Counted from the first letter of the stretch, positions 18,020 to 28,201 are shown. The stretch: DNA of 64,000 bases from Betaproteobacteria bacterium Ga0077527 (GCA_001464815.1 LNDW01000022.1:76290-140289), one strand, 5' to 3'. Translations and numbers: made by a program. Notes: generated by a model not told the origin, from the sequence alone.

Positions 18020-18796
18020 TCATTGCAGTTTTTCCATCATCGAACAGACCAGGCGCTCGCCGATTTGTTCACGGTTGTCGGTGACCCCCAGGTCATGCAG
18101 GCGGGTGACCGCCATACCCGGGTAGCCGCAGGGGTTGATTGCGAAAAAAGGGGCGAGATCGACGTCAACATTCAGCGCCAGTCCGTGATAACAGCAGCCG
18201 TTGCGCACACGCAGTCCCAGTGCCGCGATTTTTGCCGCGCCGACATAGACGCCGGGCGCATCGTCGCGGCCCCGTGCCTCGATGCCGTAGCTGGCGAGCA
18301 GCCTGACCACCGCCTGTTCCATGCGCCGTACCAGCGGCCGCACCGACAGTCCGCGCCGGCGCAGGTCAAGCAGCAGGTACAGCACCAGCTGGCCGGGGCC
18401 GTGGTAGGTGATCTGGCCGCCGCGGTCGATGCGTTCTACCGGAATGCCGTTGTCGATGCGCGGCAGGTGTTCGGCTTTGCCCGCGATGCCCACGGTGTAC
18501 ACCGGCGGGTGTTCAAGAAGCCACAGCTCGTCGCGGGTTTGCGCATCACGCTGGGTGGTGAATTCGCGCATGCGCGCCAGCGTCGGCGCGTACGGCACCG
18601 TACCCAGGTGTTTGACCCGGGGTGTTTCGACGGCTGCGGTCGCCGCTGCGGAGAGATCGGACAAAAGGCCGGTGCGGACAGATGCGGATTGCGGGGGACC
18701 AGGCGCCGGCGGGGCGTTCAGACCCCGGAGGTTGGCGATGACGGGATAATGAGCATCGATTATATTGAAAAGCGGCTGCAATAATGACAAAAACAT
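18020..18796 (-). CDS. lipB: Octanoyltransferase (lipoyl(octanoyl) transferase)
   Basis: Track ORF 18020..18955. I use the ATG at 18796. The catalytic core shows [34 protein letters not shown]. The first ~55 aa have no LipB-like features, so the true start may be further downstream. Confidence 0.82.
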   Translation of the reverse strand: MFLSLLQPLFNIIDAHYPVIANLRGLNAPPAPGPPQSASVRTGLLSDLSAAATAAVETPRVKHLGTVPYAPTLARMREFTTQRDAQTRDELWLLEHPPVYTVGIAGKAEHLPRIDNGIPVERIDRGGQITYHGPGQLVLYLLLDLRRRGLSVRPLVRRMEQAVVRLLASYGIEARGRDDAPGVYVGAAKIAALGLRVRNGCCYHGLALNVDVDLAPFFAINPCGYPGMAVTRLHDLGVTDNREQIGERLVCSMMEKLQ

Positions 18797-18848
18797 GGCG
18801 TTGACGCGCTGGCCATGTTTCCGGAAAAACCTTAGATCGGAGAGGGAT

Positions 18849-19364
18849 GTGCGCCGGATTCTGAGTGTGGTGGTATTGCCCGCGGTGCTGGCTATTGCCG
18901 CGATATTTCCTGCCCGGGCGGCGGAATCGCCGGCGGATGCCAGGGCGGACAGCAACTACGGCAGCAACCTGTCGCGGGTGTATTTTGCCCACCAGCGCCT
19001 GCTCGCGGTGCGCGATGCCTGCGACCAGGCCCTGCCCGGCGACGCCGCGGCCAATGAAAAGGCTTACAGCGTCTGGCAGTCGAGGCACAAGGCGCTGCTC
19101 GAGGAACTGGATGTCCGGTTCACGCTGATGGTGCGAGGTGTGTCGCGCCACGAACGCGAGTACCTGCGCAACCTCGGCAAGTACGAGGGTGCGGTCATCG
19201 AATACCGCAACAAGGAGCGAGATGAGTTGCTGGCGCAGCCGCGTGAAGGCATTGGCCAGGGTTGTGCTGATTTTCGCGCTTATCTGGCCGGCTCTGGCTC
19301 GGACTTCCACAAGGAATACGCCGAAGAACTGCGCATACTCCGCCAGCGCAAGCTGCCGAAGTAG
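18849..19364 (+). CDS. Hypothetical exported protein
   Basis: Track ORF 18765..19364. I prefer the GTG at 18849, behind GGAGAGG, which gives a signal peptide (RRILSVVVLPAVLAIAAIFPARA). The rest is helical and charged with no recognisable motif. It sits between lipB and the ybeD-like gene on the opposite strand. Confidence 0.5.
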   Translation: MRRILSVVVLPAVLAIAAIFPARAAESPADARADSNYGSNLSRVYFAHQRLLAVRDACDQALPGDAAANEKAYSVWQSRHKALLEELDVRFTLMVRGVSRHEREYLRNLGKYEGAVIEYRNKERDELLAQPREGIGQGCADFRAYLAGSGSDFHKEYAEELRILRQRKLPK

Positions 19365-19388
19365 GTTTGGCCGGTGCCGGCCGGAGCT

Positions 19389-19679
19389 CTACAGCGCCAT
19401 CACCACCATCGGGTGGTCACTCAGTTCCTGGTACAGCGCATCAAGCTGCTGGCGTGAAGTGGCGCGGATGACGCAGGTCAGGCTCAGGTACTTGCCCTGC
19501 TTGCTGCTGCGCATGGTCAGGGTTGCCTCGTCAAAATCGGGCGCGTGTTTCTTGACCACGGCGGCAATCGCCTGAGCAAATCCCGGTTGCGTGTGGCCGA
19601 GGATCTTCAGCGGGAAATCGCTGGGGTAATCGATCAGCGAGGGCTGCTCGTCCCCGGGTTTTTCACTGCTTGTCATCAT
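19389..19679 (-). CDS. ybeD: YbeD/DUF493-family small protein
   Basis: 96 aa. The motifs YPSDFPLKILG and the C-terminal LDALYQELSDHPMVVMAL match the family. The conserved position next to lipB and dacA-type genes also fits. Confidence 0.8.
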   Translation of the reverse strand: MMTSSEKPGDEQPSLIDYPSDFPLKILGHTQPGFAQAIAAVVKKHAPDFDEATLTMRSSKQGKYLSLTCVIRATSRQQLDALYQELSDHPMVVMAL

Positions 19680-19682
19680 TGC

Positions 19683-20543
19683 TCACGCCGCGGGCCGCAT
19701 CCGCTCGCGCTTGAACTCCTGATACAGCGCGTGCATGCGGCGGAACAACATGCCGGGTCGGCCATCGCCGACAGGTTTGCCGTCGAGGGTGGTTACCGCG
19801 AGCACTTCCTTGGTCGAGGAGGTGACCCAGATTTCATCGGCGTTGCGCACCTCGGCTTCGCTGACTGCACGCACCTCAAGCTGGAATTCGCGGTTACGCG
19901 CGATTTCGATGACCACGTCGTAGGTGATGCCGGGCAGGATCAGGTGGTCTTTCGGCGGGCACAACAACACGCCGTCCTTGACCACGAAGACGTTGCTAGA
20001 CGAGGCTTCGGTGAGTTTACCGTCACGGAACAGGATGGTTTCGGTGGCACCCACCTCGGCTGAACGCTGGCGCAGCATGCAGTTGCCGAGCAGGGACACC
20101 GACTTGATATCGCAGTTGAGCCAGCGGTAGTCCTCGGCGGTGATGCACGCGACACCGCCGTCAATCGCAGCTGTCGAAGGCGTGACCAGCGGGTTGCTCA
20201 TCATGAACACCGTGGGCTGGATGTCCTTCGGGAATGCGTGATCACGTTTGGCCACGCCGCGGGTGACCTGCAGGTACACCGACTGGTCGTCACCCTGGTT
20301 GCGGCTGACGATTTCAGAAAGCAGCTGTGCCCATTCGGCATCGCTGTGCGGATTGCGGATGCCGACCTTGTCAAGGCTGTGCTGCAGCCGGCGCAGGTGC
20401 TCCGCCATGCGGAAGGGCTGATTCGAGTAGACCGGGATGACCTCGTAGACGCCGTCACCGAAAATGAAGCCGCGGTCAAGCACCGGCACATAGGCTTCTT
20501 CGATGGGCAGGAACTTGCCGTTGAGATGAACGATGTCGGTCAT
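19683..20543 (-). CDS. dat: D-amino-acid (D-alanine) aminotransferase, fold-type IV PLP enzyme
   Basis: 286 aa. N-terminus LNGKFLPIEEAYVPVLDRGFIFGDGVYEVIPVY, class IV motifs EASSSNVFVVKDGVLLCPP and ILPGITY. Confidence 0.85.
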   Translation of the reverse strand: MTDIVHLNGKFLPIEEAYVPVLDRGFIFGDGVYEVIPVYSNQPFRMAEHLRRLQHSLDKVGIRNPHSDAEWAQLLSEIVSRNQGDDQSVYLQVTRGVAKRDHAFPKDIQPTVFMMSNPLVTPSTAAIDGGVACITAEDYRWLNCDIKSVSLLGNCMLRQRSAEVGATETILFRDGKLTEASSSNVFVVKDGVLLCPPKDHLILPGITYDVVIEIARNREFQLEVRAVSEAEVRNADEIWVTSSTKEVLAVTTLDGKPVGDGRPGMLFRRMHALYQEFKRERMRPAA

Positions 20544-20572
20544 GTCGTAATCCTCGGGGGGCAGCTGTTGTG

Positions 20573-21736
20573 TTACTTGAACATCAGGCGCAGCGAGTCC
20601 CAGGCGCGGCCGAAGATGCCGGCCACGGCCACCTGTTCCAGCGCGACCACCGGAACTTCGCGCCAGGGCTTGCCGTCGATTTCGAGCTTCAGCGTGGCGA
20701 CGCGTTGTCCCGGCGCTATTGGTGCGAGCAGCGGTTGCTGGCTTTCGACAGTGGCTTTGATTCGATCACCCTGGCCCTTGGGCAGCGCGACAAACAGGTC
20801 ATCGGTGAATCCCGCCTTGACCATGTCGGAACTGCCTTTCCACACGCGCAGCTGGGTCACTGTCTGATTGCGGGTGTAGAGCTTGACGCTGTCATGAAAC
20901 TGGAAACCCCAGTTCAGCAGCTTCTGGCTTTCGGTGGCGCGCGCCGATTCCGAGGCGGTGCCGAGCACCACCGACACCAGCCTGCGCTCTCCGCGCCGCG
21001 CCGAGGTGATCAGGCAATAGCCGGCGTTCTCGGTGTAGCCGGTCTTCACCCCGTCGACTGTGGGATCGAGCCAGAGCAGGCGGTTGCGGTTGGCCTGGGT
21101 GATGTTGTTGTAGCGGTATTCCTTCTGCGAATACAGGGCGTAGTGCTCGGGGTAGTCGCGGATCAGTGCCACCACCAGCAGCGACAGGTCCCGCGCCGTC
21201 GACCGCAGCTCCGCGCTGGTGAGACCGGTGGCGTTGGTGAAGTTGGTGTTGGCCATGCCCAGGCGCTTGGCCTCGCGGTTCATCATCTGCGCGAAGACCT
21301 CCTCGCTGCCGCCAATCGCCTCGGCCAGCGCGACGCTGGCGTCATTGCCGGACTGGATGATCATGCCGCGCAGAAGTTCATCCACGGTCACCGGCTTTTT
21401 CGGCTCGATGAACATGCGCGAGCCTTCGGCCTTCCAGGCCCTGGCCGACACCGGGATCACCTGCTCCGGTTTCAGTGATTTCTGTTTCAGCGCGCCGAAG
21501 GCAAGGTAGGCCGTCATCAGCTTGGTCAGCGACGCCGGTTCGAAGCGTTCGGCGGCGTTGTGGCTGGCGAGCACCTGCCCGCTGTTGACGTCGAGCAGCA
21601 GCCAGGCACGGGCCTCGACCGCGGGTGGCGAGGGCATCGGAATCTGCGCGGCGGCGCCCGGGATCAGGCCGAATGCTGCGGCAAAAAAGAGGATGCCGGC
21701 AGCAACGCCGGCGTGATCGCGGAGGAAACGGTTCAT
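20573..21736 (-). CDS. D-alanyl-D-alanine carboxypeptidase (PBP5/6 class)
   Basis: Track ORF extends to 21853. I prefer the ATG at 21736, which gives a signal peptide (MNRFLRDHAGVAAGILFFAAAFGLIPGAAA). Active-site motifs: SLTK (PASLTKLMT), SGN (IQSGNDAS), KTG (VKTGYT). Confidence 0.9.
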   Translation of the reverse strand: MNRFLRDHAGVAAGILFFAAAFGLIPGAAAQIPMPSPPAVEARAWLLLDVNSGQVLASHNAAERFEPASLTKLMTAYLAFGALKQKSLKPEQVIPVSARAWKAEGSRMFIEPKKPVTVDELLRGMIIQSGNDASVALAEAIGGSEEVFAQMMNREAKRLGMANTNFTNATGLTSAELRSTARDLSLLVVALIRDYPEHYALYSQKEYRYNNITQANRNRLLWLDPTVDGVKTGYTENAGYCLITSARRGERRLVSVVLGTASESARATESQKLLNWGFQFHDSVKLYTRNQTVTQLRVWKGSSDMVKAGFTDDLFVALPKGQGDRIKATVESQQPLLAPIAPGQRVATLKLEIDGKPWREVPVVALEQVAVAGIFGRAWDSLRLMFK

Positions 21737-21785
21737 GGGCTGAAAAGCCGGGATTATAACCAAGCCCCCGGGTGCACCGGTTCCC

Positions 21786-21971
21786 TCAGGGCGGGTCGAG
21801 GTCGCGGAAGCGCCGTACCGCCAGGCGCAGGAATTCGAGCTGGCGGCCGACACGGCGGCAGCGTACGCAGATAGCCAGGTGGGTGGCCAGGCTCAGGCGC
21901 TCCAGCGGACCGAGGGCACGGTCCTGTTGCATGGATTGCAGCAGCGAGGCTTTTTTGCAGGACGGGATCAT
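21786..21971 (-). CDS. Small zf-HC2-type anti-sigma factor (no transmembrane segment)
   Basis: 61 aa with an ATGA overlap with the upstream ECF sigma gene. It carries the H-x3-C-x2-C motif (HLAICVRC) plus an N-terminal Cys. Confidence 0.6.
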   Translation of the reverse strand: MIPSCKKASLLQSMQQDRALGPLERLSLATHLAICVRCRRVGRQLEFLRLAVRRFRDLDPP

Positions 21972-22534
21972 TTTGTTTTTGGCGCGTCATCAAACCAGGT
22001 GAGCTGCAGGCATTCACGCAGCACCAGCCGCGCCCGGTGCAGCATCACCCAACAGTTGGTCGCACTGATGTCCAGTGCCTTACAGATGTCCTCGGTGGGC
22101 AGCTCCATCACCTCGCGCATCCGGAACACCTGGGCGGTGCGTGCCGGCAGCCGCTGCAGGCACAGTTCGAAGGCTTTCCAGAACCGTCCGTTGTCGAGCG
22201 CGGTTTCGGGGTTGTCCCAGTCTTGCGGAAATTCCCGCCAGTGTCCGTCAGCAGCGAACAGCGCATCCACGGCTTCCGCTTCACTGCGTTCGTCGTCCAC
22301 CAGCGGTTGTTCACGGCTGGCACGGCGGATCTGGTCGATGATCTTGTGTTTGAGGATGCCGGTCAGCCAGGTACGCAGCGTCGAGCGTCCGGAATAACGT
22401 TCGCCACCTTCCAGCGCGGCGAGCAGGGTTTCCTGAACCACATCCTCGGCCTGTGCCGGGTTGGCGAGATGCAGGCGCGCGTAACGCAGCAGGTAGGGGC
22501 GGTGGATTTCAATATCCGCGGCAGTCGCAGGCAA
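21968..22534 (-). CDS. ECF-family RNA polymerase sigma-70 factor
   Basis: 188 aa with a TTG start. Region 2 (AEDVVQETLLAAL..TWLTGILKHKIID) and region 4 HTH (ELPTEDICKALDISATNCWVMLHRARLVLRE) are present. Confidence 0.88.
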   Translation of the reverse strand: MPATAADIEIHRPYLLRYARLHLANPAQAEDVVQETLLAALEGGERYSGRSTLRTWLTGILKHKIIDQIRRASREQPLVDDERSEAEAVDALFAADGHWREFPQDWDNPETALDNGRFWKAFELCLQRLPARTAQVFRMREVMELPTEDICKALDISATNCWVMLHRARLVLRECLQLTWFDDAPKTK

Positions 22535-22592
22535 AATTTATCCTTGAAAAACAATAACTTAAGTAGATTTATTGGAGACAGGGCAGCGCCCT

Positions 22593-22620
22593 CTTGAAAT
22601 GCCTGCGGCGCCACCCATCT
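22593..22620 (+). promoter_or_regulatory. Sigma-32 (RpoH)-type heat-shock promoter upstream of hsp20
   Basis: CTTGAAA (22593-22599), a 14-nt spacer, then CCCATCT (22614-22620). The E. coli RpoH consensus is CTTGAA-N13-15-CCCCATnT. It lies about 45 nt upstream of the hsp20 start. Confidence 0.5.
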
Positions 22621-22665
22621 TGCTATCAACGGCGCGCCGCGCCTCAACCATTGAAGGAGATGAAC

Positions 22666-23094
22666 ATGGTCAATGTTACCCGCTTCAACCCGTTTGACGA
22701 TTCGATCGACGACCTGCTGCGCGGCTTTTTTGTGCGGCCGGTGGCTTTTGACGGCGCGCCGCAGCCGACGCAGTCCTTCCGTGTCGAAGTGCGTGAAAAC
22801 GAGCAGGCCTATACCGTGCAGGCTGAAATCCCCGGCGTGAAAAAGGAAGACATCCACGTCACCATCGACAACGACCAGATCGTGATCAGCGCCGAATCGC
22901 GCAAGGAAAGCGAAGTGAAGGAAGGCGAGCGTGTGCTGCGTGCCGAGCGTCACTATGGCAAGGTCTATCGGGCATTCACCCTGGGCCAGGTCGTCGATGA
23001 GGACAAGGCGCAGGCCCGCTACGCCGACGGCGTGCTTGAGCTGACGCTGCCGAAAAAGACGGCAGTGGCCAGCCGTCGCCTGACCATCAACTGA
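22666..23094 (+). CDS. Hsp20/alpha-crystallin small heat-shock protein
   Basis: Track ORF 22594..23094. I prefer the ATG at 22666, after AAGGAGA. Alpha-crystallin domain: YTVQAEIPGVKKEDIHVTIDNDQIVISAE..RAFTLGQVVDEDKAQARYADGVLELTLPKK. Confidence 0.9.
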   Translation: MVNVTRFNPFDDSIDDLLRGFFVRPVAFDGAPQPTQSFRVEVRENEQAYTVQAEIPGVKKEDIHVTIDNDQIVISAESRKESEVKEGERVLRAERHYGKVYRAFTLGQVVDEDKAQARYADGVLELTLPKKTAVASRRLTIN

Positions 23095-23149
23095 GTATCC
23101 ACTGGGCATCAACAAACCCGCAACCGGACGGGTGACCGCTCAAAGCGGC

Positions 23150-23178
23150 GGCAGGCGGCAACGCCTGCCGTTTTTTTT
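23150..23178 (+). terminator. Rho-independent terminator after hsp20
   Basis: GGCAGGCG-GCAA-CGCCTGCC followed by G and T8. Confidence 0.65.
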
Positions 23179-23208
23179 GTTTGCCGCGATGGCCCTCGGT
23201 TAAAATGA

Positions 23209-24159
<951 letters not shown>

Positions 24160-24171
24160 TCCGGGCCGCCC

Positions 24172-24819
24172 GTGATGTCCGGAGAGCAGTCCTGGATTTT
24201 CGATCTCGACAACACGCTGCACAATGCATCACCGCACATCTTTCCGCACATCAACCGCGCGATGACCGATTACATCAAACGGCATCTTGATCTCGACGAG
24301 GTGCGCGCGGGCGTCCTGCGCCGCGACTACTGGCAGCGTTACGGCGCCACGCTGCTCGGCCTGATCCGTCACCACGACACCGATCCGGGCCATTTCCTGT
24401 GGAATACCCACCAGTTTGCCGACCTGCCGCGGATGGTGGTGCATGAGCCGCTGCTGCGCCACACGCTGCGCCGGTTGCGCGGACGCAAGTACCTGTTCTC
24501 CAACGCGCCACGTCATTACGCGCTGGCGGTGCTGCGGGTGCTTGGCATCACCGATCTGTTCGAGGCGGTGTATTCGATCGAGCGTGTGCGTTTCAGGCCG
24601 AAGCCCGATACCCGCGGTTTTTTGCAGCTTTGCCGCGCCCATCAGTTGCAGCCGCGACGCTGTATCATGGTCGAGGACACTCTGGACAACCTGCGCACCG
24701 CGAAGCGGCTGGGCATGAAAACAGTGTGGGTGTCGCACAGCGGTCGCGCGCCCGGTTACGTCGACCTGCGCATCGCGGGCATCGGCGAACTTTCCAGAAC
24801 CGCATCATCACTGCATTGA
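24172..24819 (+). CDS. HAD-superfamily pyrimidine 5'-nucleotidase
   Basis: 215 aa. HAD motif I is WIFDLDNTLH; the distal motifs are FSNAP and MVEDTLDNL. The argB-nucleotidase-slmA arrangement is common. Confidence 0.75.
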   Translation: MMSGEQSWIFDLDNTLHNASPHIFPHINRAMTDYIKRHLDLDEVRAGVLRRDYWQRYGATLLGLIRHHDTDPGHFLWNTHQFADLPRMVVHEPLLRHTLRRLRGRKYLFSNAPRHYALAVLRVLGITDLFEAVYSIERVRFRPKPDTRGFLQLCRAHQLQPRRCIMVEDTLDNLRTAKRLGMKTVWVSHSGRAPGYVDLRIAGIGELSRTASSLH

Positions 24820-24826
24820 GGACGGC

Positions 24827-25411
24827 ATGGCACGCAGCGGCGAACGCAAGACCCAGATCCTGCAAACCCTGGCGCAGATGCTCGAGGGTCCTGCGGCCGA
24901 ACGCATCACAACCGCGGCGCTGGCCGCGAAGATCGGCGTGTCGGAGGCCGCGCTCTACCGCCACTTCCGCGGCAAGGCCGACATGTTCGCCGGCCTCATC
25001 GATTTCATCGAGGACACGCTGTTCACGCTGATCAACCGCATCACCAGCGACGAGCAGGGGGGGCTGCGCCAGGTCGAGGCGATCATCGGCATGCTGCTCG
25101 GTTTTTCCCAGAAAAACCGCGGCATGACGCGGGTGCTGACCGGGGACGCGCTGGTCACCGAGGATGACGCGCTGCAGGCGAGGGTCAACCAGATACACGA
25201 CCGTGTCGAAGCCGCGCTGAAGCAGGCGCTGCGCATCGCCGCCAGCCGCGGCGAGACCGCGGCGGATGTCGATGCCGCGGCGCAGGCCAATGCGTTGATG
25301 AGTTTTGTCGCCGGCCGCTGGCACCAGTATGCCAAGAGCGGTTTCCGTCGCGACCCGGCGGAGTTCTGGCCGCAGCAGTGGAAGCAGCTGACCGCGGGTG
25401 TCGTCGCCTGA
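24827..25411 (+). CDS. slmA: Nucleoid occlusion factor SlmA (TetR family)
   Basis: 194 aa. N-terminus RKTQILQTLAQMLE..ERITTAALAAKIGVSEAALYRHFRGKADMFAGLIDFIE is typical of SlmA. Confidence 0.8.
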   Translation: MARSGERKTQILQTLAQMLEGPAAERITTAALAAKIGVSEAALYRHFRGKADMFAGLIDFIEDTLFTLINRITSDEQGGLRQVEAIIGMLLGFSQKNRGMTRVLTGDALVTEDDALQARVNQIHDRVEAALKQALRIAASRGETAADVDAAAQANALMSFVAGRWHQYAKSGFRRDPAEFWPQQWKQLTAGVVA

Positions 25412-25420
25412 GTTTTTTAA

Positions 25421-25517
25421 TTTACAGGATGTGCAGGAGGGTCAGGATAAAAACCATGCTAGTCGCAGGCGCGGCAGGTTTTATCCTGCAGTTATCCTTT
25501 GAATCCTGTCCATCCCG
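25421..25517. repeat. CAGGAT-type palindromic intergenic element, copy 3
   Basis: Sequence TTTACAGGATGTGCAGGAGGGTCAGGATAAAAACC..GGTTTTATCCTGCAGTTATCCTTTGAATCCTGTCCATCCC. The inner arms CAGGATAAAAACC and GGTTTTATCCTG pair. The reverse complement of the right end (GGGATGGACAGGATT) matches copies 1 and 2. Confidence 0.65.
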
Positions 25518-25547
25518 TTAAATTGATTTTCCAGAGGAGAAGCAACA

Positions 25548-25871
25548 ATGGCCGATATCACCTCCCAGCAGATGGCGCAATTGCTGATGGGCATCGCACG
25601 TGCTCAGCTTGCGATCATCGACTCGATCGAAAACTCGAAGGCGGGGTTCAAGGCCACCCATGTGCGGCCGATCCTTGAAAGCGCTTCGCGCATCCGTTCC
25701 AATCATCCGCTTGCGCTGGGCGATATGCCGGCGCGGCTGCTGCTGCAGATGCTTGGACGCAACCCGCCGGACCTTGATCGTGTCGCACACGACCTCGAAC
25801 AACTGCTCGGCGGAAGTGCCACCGCCAATGCTGCTGCACCGGCGGCCGGTGATTCGCTGGACATGACCTGA
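25548..25871 (+). CDS. Hypothetical small protein
   Basis: 107-aa ORF preceded by GGAGAAG. Codon usage looks native. The C-terminal tail is Ala-rich and I recognise no motif. Confidence 0.45.
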   Translation: MADITSQQMAQLLMGIARAQLAIIDSIENSKAGFKATHVRPILESASRIRSNHPLALGDMPARLLLQMLGRNPPDLDRVAHDLEQLLGGSATANAAAPAAGDSLDMT

Positions 25872-25914
25872 GCCGCGAATTGCCCGGAATGCGACCGCAG
25901 TGTTCCGCGGCGTT

Positions 25915-26664
25915 TCAGCGTCCCGCGCACACCGCGCAGTCAGGATCACGCGCCAGTTTCACGGTGCGTGATTCCATCGCCAGCACATCAAGCAACAGCA
26001 GGCGCCCGCTCATCGAGGTGCCGGCCGCGGTGATCAGCTTCAGTGCCTCGGCTGCCTGCATCGCGCCGACGATGCCGACCAGTGGCGCGAACACCCCCAT
26101 CACCGCGCAGCGTGTTTCCTCCTGTTCGCCGTCCTCGGCAAACAGGCAGGCGTAGCAGGGCGCGTCGGCCCGGCGCAGGTCGAACACCGCGAGCTGCCCG
26201 TCGAAGCGGATGCCGGCGCCGGAAACCAACGGCTTGCGTGCCCTGACGCAGGCACGGTTTACTGCATGGCGGGTGGCGAAATTGTCGCTGCAGTCGAGCA
26301 CCACATCGGCTTCAGCGACCAGTGTTTCAAGTCGCGCGCCTTCAACACGCTCCGCAACACTGCGGATTTTTGTTTCGGCATTCAGCGCGAGCAGTGTCTC
26401 GCGCGCGGATTCCACCTTGGGCCGGCCGATCGCCGATTCGCGGTGCACGATCTGCCGCTGCAGGTTGGTACGGTCCACCGTGTCGCCGTCGCAGACGGTC
26501 AGCGTGCCGACACCGGCCGAGGCAATATAGAGTGCCGCCGGCGAGCCGAGGCCGCCGGCGCCGATCAGCAGCACATGGGCGTCGAGCAGCCGCTGCTGGC
26601 CTTCGATGCCGATTTCCGGCAGCAGGATGTGGCGGCTGTAGCGCAGCAGTTGTTCGTCGTTCAT
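25915..26664 (-). CDS. moeB: Molybdopterin-synthase adenylyltransferase (ThiF/MoeB family)
   Basis: 249 aa. Motifs: LRYSRHILLPEIG, LIGAGGLGSP, DRTNLQRQ, and Cys pairs CYAC and CAVC. Confidence 0.85.
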   Translation of the reverse strand: MNDEQLLRYSRHILLPEIGIEGQQRLLDAHVLLIGAGGLGSPAALYIASAGVGTLTVCDGDTVDRTNLQRQIVHRESAIGRPKVESARETLLALNAETKIRSVAERVEGARLETLVAEADVVLDCSDNFATRHAVNRACVRARKPLVSGAGIRFDGQLAVFDLRRADAPCYACLFAEDGEQEETRCAVMGVFAPLVGIVGAMQAAEALKLITAAGTSMSGRLLLLDVLAMESRTVKLARDPDCAVCAGR

Positions 26665-26756
26665 CGTGGCGATGTCGGATTAATTGATGTCAGTGCGGCG
26701 GCGGCAGAAACAACAACGCCCGGCGCGGCCGGGCGTTGTCGAGGGTGTGTGCTGCT

Positions 26757-28178
26757 TCAGTTTGCCTTGGCCGCACCGCGGCTTTTCAGGAAGGCAATGG
26801 CCTGGTTCAGCTCGTAGTCGTTGGGCGAGACGATTTCGCCAGGCTCAGGCCGCTGCAGCTTGTCATCAACGTTCTTCGGACGGGGTGCCGGCGTGAACTT
26901 GAATTTGATGGCAGCGGCTGCTGCCGCTGCCGCCTTGTCCTCGGGTTTCTCCGAGGTGGGCGCCTCGCCCAGGTGTTTGGTCAGGTCCGCCTCGCGCAGC
27001 TTCAGGGCGCCGCGGTCGCTGACGCCGTCATCGAGCGGAATGTCCGGCGTGATGCCGCGGGCCTGGATCGAACGGCCCTTGGGCGTGAAGTAGCGCGCCG
27101 TGGTCAGCTTGATCGCGGTGCTGTTGCCCAGGGGCAGGATGGTCTGCACCGAGCCCTTGCCGAAGGTCTGCTGGCCCATGATCACCGCGCGGTTGTGGTC
27201 CTGCAGCGCGCCGGCGACGATTTCCGAGGCCGAAGCCGAACCGCCGTTGACCAGCACCACCATCGGCACCGATTTCACTTCCGCCGGCAGGCGTTTCAGG
27301 AAATCCTCACGGTTGCGTCCGCGCAGATAGTGCTCGGGTGCCGCGTTCAGTTTCATCTTCGCGTCTTCACTGCGGCCATCCGTGTAGACCACCAGCGCGT
27401 CCTTGGGCAGGAAGGCCGCGGATACCGCGACAGCGCCATTGAGCAGGCCGCCCGGATCGTTGCGCAGATCGAGCACCAGGCCGCGCATCGCGCCCTGGTT
27501 TTCCTTGAACATGCGCTCGATGGCTCGGGCCATGGTATCGCCGGTGTGCTCCTGGAACTGGCTGACACGGACGTAGGCGTAGCCGGGCTCGAGCAGCTTC
27601 GATTTGACACTCTGTATCTTGATCACCGCGCGGGTCAGCGTGACCACGATCGGCTTCGGTTCGCCCTTGCGCACGATGGTCAGCGTGATCGGCGTGTTCG
27701 GCTTGCCGCGCATGCGTTTCACCGCGTCGTTGAGCGTCATGCCCTTGACCGCGGTTTCATCGAGCTTGACGATCAGGTCGCCGGCCTTGATGCCCGCGCG
27801 CGCCGCCGGGGAATCATCGATCGGGGACACCACGCGCACGAAGCCGTCCTCCATGCCGACCTCGATGCCCAGTCCGCCGAACTCGCCCTGGGTGCCGACC
27901 TGCATTTCCTTGAACGCCTCCTGGTCGAGGTAGGCGGAGTGCGGGTCAAGGCCGGTCAACATGCCGTTAATGGCCTCGGTGATCAGTTTTTTGTCTTCGA
28001 CAGGTTCGACGTAATCGCTTTTGATGCGGCCGAAGACTTCGGTGAAGGCGCGTAATTCCTCGATAGGCAGCGGCAGGCTGGCCTCGCGTTGAGCGATGGC
28101 CGAGTAGTTCAGGCTGATCGCGACGCCGATCAGCACGCCGCAGATGAGCAATCCCAACTGGTTGATTTTGCTGCGCAT
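26757..28178 (-). CDS. Carboxy-terminal processing protease (S41 family)
   Basis: 473 aa with a PDZ segment (GGLGIEVGMEDGFVRVVSPIDDSPAARAGIKAGDLI). Catalytic motifs: VLVNGGSASASEI and TFGKGSVQ. Confidence 0.9.
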   Translation of the reverse strand: MRSKINQLGLLICGVLIGVAISLNYSAIAQREASLPLPIEELRAFTEVFGRIKSDYVEPVEDKKLITEAINGMLTGLDPHSAYLDQEAFKEMQVGTQGEFGGLGIEVGMEDGFVRVVSPIDDSPAARAGIKAGDLIVKLDETAVKGMTLNDAVKRMRGKPNTPITLTIVRKGEPKPIVVTLTRAVIKIQSVKSKLLEPGYAYVRVSQFQEHTGDTMARAIERMFKENQGAMRGLVLDLRNDPGGLLNGAVAVSAAFLPKDALVVYTDGRSEDAKMKLNAAPEHYLRGRNREDFLKRLPAEVKSVPMVVLVNGGSASASEIVAGALQDHNRAVIMGQQTFGKGSVQTILPLGNSTAIKLTTARYFTPKGRSIQARGITPDIPLDDGVSDRGALKLREADLTKHLGEAPTSEKPEDKAAAAAAAAIKFKFTPAPRPKNVDDKLQRPEPGEIVSPNDYELNQAIAFLKSRGAAKAN

Positions 28179-28201
28179 TTACTGCTCCTGCGGGGGTTCC
28201 G

